From NCBI GenBank assembly GCA_951406725.2, contig OX597816.1, forward strand, positions 63,116,001 to 63,180,000: a stretch of DNA of 64,000 nucleotides. The letters run 5' to 3'. Positions 55,587-64,000 of this stretch are shown piece after piece (positions within the stretch are counted from its first letter, which is position 1; each line of letters begins with the position of its first letter). The translations under genes were made by a program, and so were the position numbers. The notes below the pieces were generated by a model. That model did not search any database, was not told where the DNA came from, and saw nothing but the letters and a program-made list of their open reading frames with translations. This DNA comes from Octopus vulgaris (taxonomy: Eukaryota).

Positions 55587-56010
55587 GTGGAGGCGCAATG
55601 GCCCAGTGGTTAGGCGAGCTGGCAGAAACGTTAGCACGCCGGGCGAAATGCTTTGCGGTATTGCGTCTGCCGTTACGTTCTGAGTTCAAATTCCGCCGAG
55701 GTCGACTTTGCCTTTCATCCTTTCGGGGTCGATAAATTAAAGTACCAGTTACGCACTGGGGTCGATGTAATCGACTTAATACCTATGTCTGTCCTTATTT
55801 GTCCCTTCTATGTTTAGCCCCTTGTGGTATATAAAGAAATAGGTTACTCGTGGTCGTAAGAACGCGGTTTCGATTCCCAGACTGGGCATTGTGAGTGTTT
55901 ATTGAGCAAAAAACACCTAAGCTTCACGAGGCTCCGGCGTGGGGTGGTGAGGATGGTGAACCCCTCTGTAGTCTTTCACCACAACTTTCTCTCACTCTTT
56001 CTTCCTACTT
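55587..56010 (+). mobile_element. SINE family C with a family B monomer nested in its tRNA head (55613-55842)
   Basis: GTGGAGGCGCAATGGCCCAGTGGTTAGG is interrupted by GCGAGCTGGCAGAAAC...AAAGAAATAGG and resumes at ACTCGTGGTCGTAAGAACGCGGTTTCGATTCC. Confidence 0.85.
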
Positions 56011-56720
56011 CTGCCACAAAGCAGAGTAACCATGGTGTAACCCACTGTGGTGTGGTAAACTTTCAGACCCTAGTCTAGATTGCGAATCCTCTGTACACCA
56101 GGATGGTCCAGCTCTCCACCCGTTAAAAGCCACCGTTTACGGAATGAGGATAACAACGTAGCTTTCGCGCCCGTGCAACTGCCAGTCTATCGCGTGTGGT
56201 AGGTGGATCTTCAAGTTGTCACACACATTCTAAGTAGCTTAGAGTAGGCTCGAATTAGAGATTATTCTTTGTGGCTAATGGCGTGAGTCTTGATTAGAAG
56301 AACAACAACAACGTCATTGCTATAACACATATCTGTTTTTTGTTTTATCTTTCCCTTGTTTCTGTCACTGAAATGCGGCCATGCTGGGGCACGTCGTAGT
56401 CGAACATTTTTTTTTTGGGGGGTTTTTTTTTAATCTAGTACTTATTCTGTCATTTGTGTCGAACTGCTATGTTAAAAGGGATGCAAACATACCATCACCG
56501 GTTGTCAAACGGTGGGGGTGAAGCAAACAAAATCAAGATCCCACAACACACACACACCATTTATCGACCTCCGAACCCTTTTGACAAACCGCTGAGTTAC
56601 AGGGGATGTAAACATACCAACCTCGATGATCAAGCAGCAATGGAGCACACACACACACACATGCACATGCATATGCATGTATATATGTATGTGCTTGTGC
56701 ATCGACTATATACGTAGAGA

Positions 56721-57116
56721 AGGCGGTGAGCTGGCAGAAACGTTAGCACGCCGGGCGAAATGCTTAGCGGTATTTCGTCTACCGCTACGTTTTAAGTTCA
56801 AATTCCGCTGAGGTCGACTTTGTCTTTCATCCTTTCGGGGTCGATAAATTAAGTACCAGTTACGCACTGGGGTCGATATAATCGACATAATCCGTCTGTC
56901 TGTCCTTGTTTCTTCTCTCTGTGTTTAGCCCCTTGTGGGTAGTAAAGAAATAGGTATTTCGTCTGCCGCTACGTTCTGAGTTCAAATTCTGCCGAGGTCG
57001 ACTTTGCTTTTCATCCTTTCGAGGGTCGATAAATTAAGTACCAGTTACGTACTGGGGTCGATCTAATCGACTGGCTCCCTCCCCCAAAATTTCGGGCCTT
57101 GTGCCTAGAGTAGAAA
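56721..57116 (+). mobile_element. SINE family B dimer, second unit with a different tail
   Basis: Same junction; ends CCCCAAAATTTCGGGCCTTGTGCCTAGAGTAGAAAAG; TSD-like TATATACGTAGAG on both sides. Confidence 0.88.
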
Positions 57117-57721
57117 AGTATATACGTAGAGGAGAGAGACAGACAGAAGGAATGAAGAGAGAAGTTGTGTATAAGCAAACGTGTAGGTTTCCGGTTACAA
57201 ATACGCTTAAACGAAACAAATACCGTAACCAATAATAAATTAGAAAAAAAAAGACGGGACTCATAAGAAGCTGATGTAAATAATATATTTGATCTGAGAC
57301 ACTATTATGTACAAGTGATTGTCTTTGAACAAATATAGGAATATATATATAAACAACTCCTAATCCTCTGAAGCAACGAAACTGGGTTATAAGGAATCAG
57401 TATTTGAATAATGGATCACCCATTTTTTTTATTATTTTGCATGTCTTTCTATCATGCATGCATGCATGTATGTATGTATTTATGTATGTATGTATGCATG
57501 CATGTATGTATGTATGTATGTATGTATGTATGTATGTATGTATGTATGTATGTATGTATGTATGTATGTATGTATGTATGTATGTATGTATGTATGTATG
57601 TATGTATGTATATATATATATATGCAAACATCATATGTACGTACACACACATACACACGTTATATAATAGTTTGGATAGATGGGTCTGTATTTATGTATG
57701 TGTGTGAGTGTGTACGTATTC

Positions 57722-57764
<43 letters not shown>

Positions 57765-60700
57765 AAAAATGGAATAAGAACGTAACAGACGACAATAAAA
57801 ACATACGGACAGATAGACGATACAAAGACGGACAGGAAAAAACAAGGACGGATCATTCGTGGCCTTCTATTCATCAGTCGAGTTTCCAAATTATCATTAC
57901 AGTTTCGGCCTGTTACACTTAAGACTGTTCAAAATTGGCTGGCTCCGAAAATCTAAGCTAAAAGCACTAAATTTTTGGAAGAAGGCAAGCGAATGTGTAC
58001 GACAACACGGGACAAAATAAATATAGAAAACGAATAAAATGCTACACGATTACAAATTCAAACAACAAGAGAATAACAACAGGTGTCTTTCGACCAATAA
58101 AGACGAATCAAGTTGAGCTGGCGTTTGGAGTGACAGCCTTGAGGCACAAACATAGATGAGGGTCAGGAGACAGAAAAATAAGGAGCGCTGTGCGGGCGGG
58201 TGGGCCAAGAAAGAAAGGAGATTATTACAATCTGGTTCTTATTTTATCGATGTCCAAATATCAAATTGCTAAGTTACAGTGATACTGCCTCGGTCATTTA
58301 GGAATAAAAGAAATCTATTCTTATATAGAAAACAGCAACTACCTGTGGATATTGTAGATTATTTTGTCAGACCAATCAGCATAACTAAAATATACTTTTA
58401 TTATAGTAAGTAATGTGATATTCATTCGGTGCATGATTTCTTTTTTTTTTTAACCTTCCTTTTATCGTTTATGTTTACAGTCATTAGACAACTGTCATTC
58501 TGGGGTACCGCCTTAAAGAATTTTAGTCGAATGAATCGCCCCCAGTGACTATTATCTTTTAAGCTTAGTACTTACTGTATTGGACTCTTTTGCCGAAGCG
58601 TTAATTTAATGGGACGTGAACACACCAACACATATTGTCAAGCAATGATGGGAGACAAAGACACACACACATCGTTGCTCTTATGCAAAAGTGTCGTAAG
58701 TCCAAAACGTTGCTTTTTCAGAAAACGATAAAACTTCCACCATTCCATAGCAAAGCTGTTGTACTACACTTTGACAATTTTTTATATCTAAAAATCAGTT
58801 TAATATCGATGGTCCCAATTAGGGACCGTATCAGATATTACGCGGATTAGGATTGGCGGCAGGCTGGCAGAATCGTTAGCGTGTCGGATAACGTACTTTA
58901 GTGGCATTTCGTCCAGCTCTTCATGCTGTGAGTTCAAATTCTGCCGAAGTCGACTTTGCCCTTCATCCTGTCAGCGTTGATAAAATAAGACCCGTTGAGC
59001 ATTGGGATCAATGTAATCGACTAACCCTCCTCGAAATTTAAGGTTATGCACAAATAGTAGAAAGAAGAAAAGAAAATCATACTAACTTGTTGACCAATCA
59101 GCGAGCTTTCATTCATCCTATGAAGTGTGGAAATGAAAAAAAAAAAAAAAAATAGAAGTAGCATAGGGCTCTGGGCCCTATAGTATTTATTTACTGACAG
59201 CAAACTACTCGTACAATATACTTAGATCAGAACTGTGCCTCTTGACAACACCAGGCTTTTGAGCTTTTGAGCCCTGAGTTGCTATGCCGTAAGGTCACTG
59301 GGACAGAGAAAGAATTCTGAAAGGGGGTACGTGAATGTCTGTGTAATCCATGGAATTAAAAGAGTTCTGTAAGGGGATAGTGAATGTGTAATCCGTGGAA
59401 TTAAAAGAGAACGTCGTAATAATATTTTTTACGTCCTATACAAAGACAAACGCAGCGAGAGCAACGCTTGGACTTATTTATGCTAACAGTTGATCTTTAC
59501 TCCGAGATTAAGTAGACTTTTTTTTTATGCTCGAAGGTGTTCTACCTAAGACATTCCAATTATTTATTTTTCAGGCAGTGTATATGGGACTACATTATCT
59601 TACGTGTTAGTCTATCCGTTTTAAAGAGAGTGTGTTATAATTTGAACGAGAAAAATTGGCTGCTATTTCTAGAGGGTAAAAGAGACCATATAGAAGCTCC
59701 CTCGTTAACTCAATGAATTTTATTGTTTTTTGGAGAGAAAAAAAATTATGGAAGAGCATACGTAAAAGAATAGTATTATAATTATAAAAAAACAGAAATA
59801 AACGAAAGGACTTTATATTTATGAACCTTGTTTGCCAAACAGATCTGTTCGGCAAAAAACATCAATCCTCAAGGTAATGTTTGCTATTTACTTACGACAT
59901 ATAAGAATTATGTTATTAGAATTATGTTGGTTATTCTTAAAGTCACCAGGAGAAGAATAGGAAAATAAAAATAAAATGAAAATTAGTCATGTATGGAAGA
60001 CCATTCTAGTCACATATTAAGTCCCATTGCCCTGTTGGTAAATAACTTCCACTAAATCTTTGTAATCTTCTTATATTTAATACATTTTAAAGTTATTTAT
60101 GCTATAAACCCCAGAATCTTTTCATAAGTGAGGATATAGAGTATATTAAAGACATTGTTTTGAACCTCTGCATATTTCAACATCTATTGTTGTTTCTTTT
60201 TTCTTTAATCTGTGTTATGCTCCTTGTAAATCTGTCTTGAGTTTATGTGTTTAGCTGTCTCTCTACGTCACACACACAGAGAAAGGGAGAGCGCTAGGCT
60301 TTGCATTCCTTTTAATATACTCTTTTGATGATATATGAAAGCATACTGAATTCTAGATGTCACAAAAGAAAAAAAAATGATACTGAAGATTGTATGCCTC
60401 AAAAATGTATGTCAGCTCATTAACGTCTTTGAGAAAGACATTCTTATTTACTCCCCTTTTGTGTCTCTGGGGGAATGCTATTTCAGTCTAAAAGAAGTGG
60501 AATCAACCATGTGTATAAAGTACTGGTTCACCGATTTATCTCCTCACGTAAATTCATATTCAGTAGACAATGTTAAATGCTGTAATATTGTTCTTGTTTA
60601 GCTCCAGGGTAGCACTAATTAAGTAGTCTTATGATCAAAGGCATTCCACTTGTGACAATTCCATCTTTTATATATATAAATATATCATTACATTATCTGA

Positions 60701-61516
60701 TATGTCGCTCTTTGTTTGTTTCAGAGACGGTAGGATGTAATTTGACGGAAATTGGTTGTTGCTATTTCTAGCGAGTCGAAAGCTCGTAGGAGCTCCTTTC
60801 TCGTTCATTGTCTTTCGTGAGGCGTCCGTTCTACTTCATATATTTCATCATCAATCTAATAATTTACAATAGTTTCTGGACAATTGACTCGAGGGGAATC
60901 TGTGGAAACGTGACGTGAAGACATTAGCGTTGTTTGTGACATAGAAGTATCTTTCAAGATGGCGTTACATGATAGTTAAATTTCTAGGCTGATCGTCTGA
61001 TGTCATTGTTTTACCCTGATTTGGACTTTCCTCTGATCGCCCCACATTTTCAAAAGCATGCTATGACTACATTATATTATTTAATGTGTACCTTTCTGTA
61101 AAATACGAGGTTATGGTGATTGTGTATGATTTTATTTTCTGGAGTTTAAAGCTCCGAAATTAAAAATTTTCAAAATGGGAAATAAATTGATTCTTTTGCG
61201 CATGCTTAAATTTGCATTATTGATAAATTATTTTTTAAAAAAAGCTGTGAGGAAGCAAAGTATCAGAAAGGAAGGCAAGTACTTACTTGTAATTGTACAA
61301 AGAAAAAAAAAAAAAAACGAGGATTACTGACGGAATGCTTTTAAAAAAATGCGGGTCTTTAAGAACTTATTTCCCATTTAAAATATTTTCTATTTCGAAT
61401 CCTAAAGTCTGGCATAACCGAGAATCGGTTGCTAATTTCAAACAGGTCATCTACAATCTCGAGGCTCCCGTGTTTCAATAAGTTTTGAAAATAACGAAGA
61501 ATTCAGTAAAATAACC

Positions 61517-61616
<100 letters not shown>

Positions 61617-62432
61617 CATCATCATCATTATTATTATTATTATTAAAGCTGGTGTTTGGGATATAAATTTATATGAAACTTGAATGGAAAAGTTTTAATT
61701 TAGGTGACTTGAAAATAGGACGTTCTTATAGGACTACGAATAATGTCAGGTGTGTTCGTATAATAGGGCCAAGTTATAATTATTTCTGATACAGAGTATT
61801 GCTTGTTTTGCTCAGCGTAAATTAGAAAAAAAAAAAAAAAAACTTGGAAAAACAAAACTGTGACACTTCCTTTAAATACCATAAATAGCTATTAAATATT
61901 ATTACGTTTTTCAATTGACAATACGCGTGATTGACACAATGACAACGAAATTTATATAATGCCGTTACATGTGACAAATGAAGCACGTTTTTTTTTTTCT
62001 TTTAGTATCCGCAGTAAACTTAAACTGAAATAAAACTCCACCTCAAATCAGTCATTTAATGAAGTTTCCCTGTAATTTTCATCTTTGAATATTCGTTTTT
62101 TCCGTGATCCCGTGTGTTTAATGCAGTAAAATGTAGGACTAGAAATTAGAGAAGAAGTCTTTCAGCATATCTCGACAAGACTACACAAACTCTACGCTTC
62201 TCATATCAAGAAATTATCGTTGCATCATTGAATCCTCTCCTCACTAATATGCGAAAAGCCGGCTGAAGTAAACGTCTAAGTGGTTCACCGTTCTACAGAC
62301 ATACAATACTTTTAATGTAATTCATATGCAGACTCAGTGTGACACACCCGATTTCATTCACAAAGAAGTCGACCCGAGGCTATAGAAATTGTTTGTGTTA
62401 GATGCCTTGTGGCGGAAACCTAAAGAACAAAG

Positions 62433-62850
62433 GTGGCGAGCTGGTAGGAGCGTTAGCACGCCGGGCGAAATGCTTGGCGGTATTTCGTCTGCCTCTACGT
62501 TCTGAGTTCAAATTCCGCCGAGGTCGACTTTGCCTTTCATCCTTTCGGAGTCGATAAATTAAGTACCAGTTACACACTGGAGTCGTTATAATCGACTTAA
62601 TCCATTTGTCTGTCCTTGTTTGTCCTCTCTGTGTTTAGCCCCTTGTGGGTAGTAAAGAAATAGGTATTTCGTGTGCCGTTACGTTCTGAGTTCAAATTCC
62701 GTCGAGGTCGACTTTGCCTTTCATCCTTTCGGGGGCGATTAAATAAGTACAAGTTATGCACTGGGGTCGATATAATCGACTTAATGCGTCTGTCTGTCTG
62801 TCCTTGTTTGTCTCTGTGTTTAGCCCCTTGTGAGTAGTAAAGAAATAGGT
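62433..62850 (+). mobile_element. SINE family B dimer
   Basis: Full head plus two body units; AAAGAACAA repeated on both flanks. Confidence 0.9.
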
Positions 62851-62994
62851 ATAAAAGAACAACTTTCAAGAACAATAATAGGTTATTGACGTAGAAAGTT
62901 GTAGGCTTTTTCCCATATCGAAGTTCGATGAGCTGGAAAAAGTTTTTTTTTATAGTTCACAGTTAGGAACTAGGGTAGCTATGAATGCAAATAA

Positions 62995-63218
62995 ATATTC
63001 AAATTGAGGTAGAGGAGCAGGTGAAAATCCAGGCTACATGTTTCCTACCTGGCAGATCCTTGGAAGTGGTAATTACTCAGTGTAGGATAGTCCACTTGCT
63101 ACTCACCTGGTTGAAGTTATAATTACATGAAGGTTATGTTGTTGTTAAGGAATCCCAAGTTAACTTGCCAGAGGTATAATTTAAAATTTTACCTGCTCCT
63201 CTCCCTCAGTTTGGATAT
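62995..63218. mobile_element. MITE-like element with ~33-bp imperfect TIRs
   Basis: ATATTCAAATTGAGGTAGAGGAGCAGGTGAAAAT versus ATTTTACCTGCTCCTCTCCCTCAGTTTGGATAT; non-coding interior. Confidence 0.6.
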
Positions 63219-63438
63219 GTGTGTGTGTGCATATATATATAGGGAGGGTTTACGAAAAAAACAAAAGACGATGACAGCTGGTGTACAAAACAAACAGATG
63301 TATTAGTATAACGTTCAGGAATAGAGAAAGTATTTTACGTTTCGAGCCTACACTCTTCTACAGAAAGGGATACAGAAAAAAAAACAACGAGAGAAACAAG
63401 GAGAGAAAAAAATGTGTGTGTGTGTATATATATATATA

Positions 63439-63559
63439 TCATCATCATCATCATCATCATCGTTTAACATCCGTTCTCCATGCTAGCATGGGTTGGACTG
63501 TTCGACCGGGGATCTGGGAAGCCAGAAGGCTGCACCAGGCTCCAGTCTTATCTGGCAAT

Positions 63560-63561
<2 letters not shown>
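63439..63561 (-). mobile_element. RTE-type retroposon 3' fragment close to the foldback-nested copy
   Basis: Nearly identical to 6627-6740 (GGGATCTGGGAAGCCAGAAGGCTGCACCAG...CAGTCTTATCTGGCAATGTTT). Confidence 0.8.
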
Positions 63562-63658
<97 letters not shown>

Positions 63659-64000
63659 AATAAGAAAATGGAAGGGATCAATGGGTGGTTCATCAACTTT
63701 TAGACATTATATTATGTCAACTTATTTATTTATTTTCTAAAATGACAATTACAAGAATATACATACATGTATAACATATTATGCTTTACATATTTCGGGT
63801 GGTGTATTTACATAGATTCTGCCATTTTGGCGGGATCTAAGTGCATACACATTTCTTTGACTATTTTCATTTGATGATGGGCCACTGAACTCAAAATATA
63901 AAGGTTTATCAAAAGCATTCTGCATCGTTAGAAGCTTTCTTCATTTCTCATTCCATTCATTTTTCTATTTCTGTACCATACTGCTTCAAGTGAACTGCAA

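Overview
Eukaryotic, AT-rich, microsatellite-saturated DNA. The tRNA-headed SINE families and the (TA)n/(TACA)n/(TATC)n/(TAA)n load suggest an octopod cephalopod; this is inference, not a database result. Almost all supplied ORFs are translations of simple repeats or SINEs. The window looks mostly intronic or intergenic; the only plausible host coding piece is a 30-codon first exon at 1082-1171. The dominant structure is a 2.9-kb foldback element at 6123-9018 inserted in (TA)n. It has two nearly identical ~1.3-kb inverted arms that both carry the same nested retroposon, and a ~300-bp non-coding spacer. Also present: an internally deleted mariner, a 5'-truncated RLE-type (R4/Dong-like) LINE in (TAA)n, a decayed MADF-like gene, at least four SINE families (several with clear TSDs), two MITE-like hairpins, three minisatellites, and several Penelope-like terminal-repeat fragments with hammerhead-like motifs whose cores are recurrently non-canonical.
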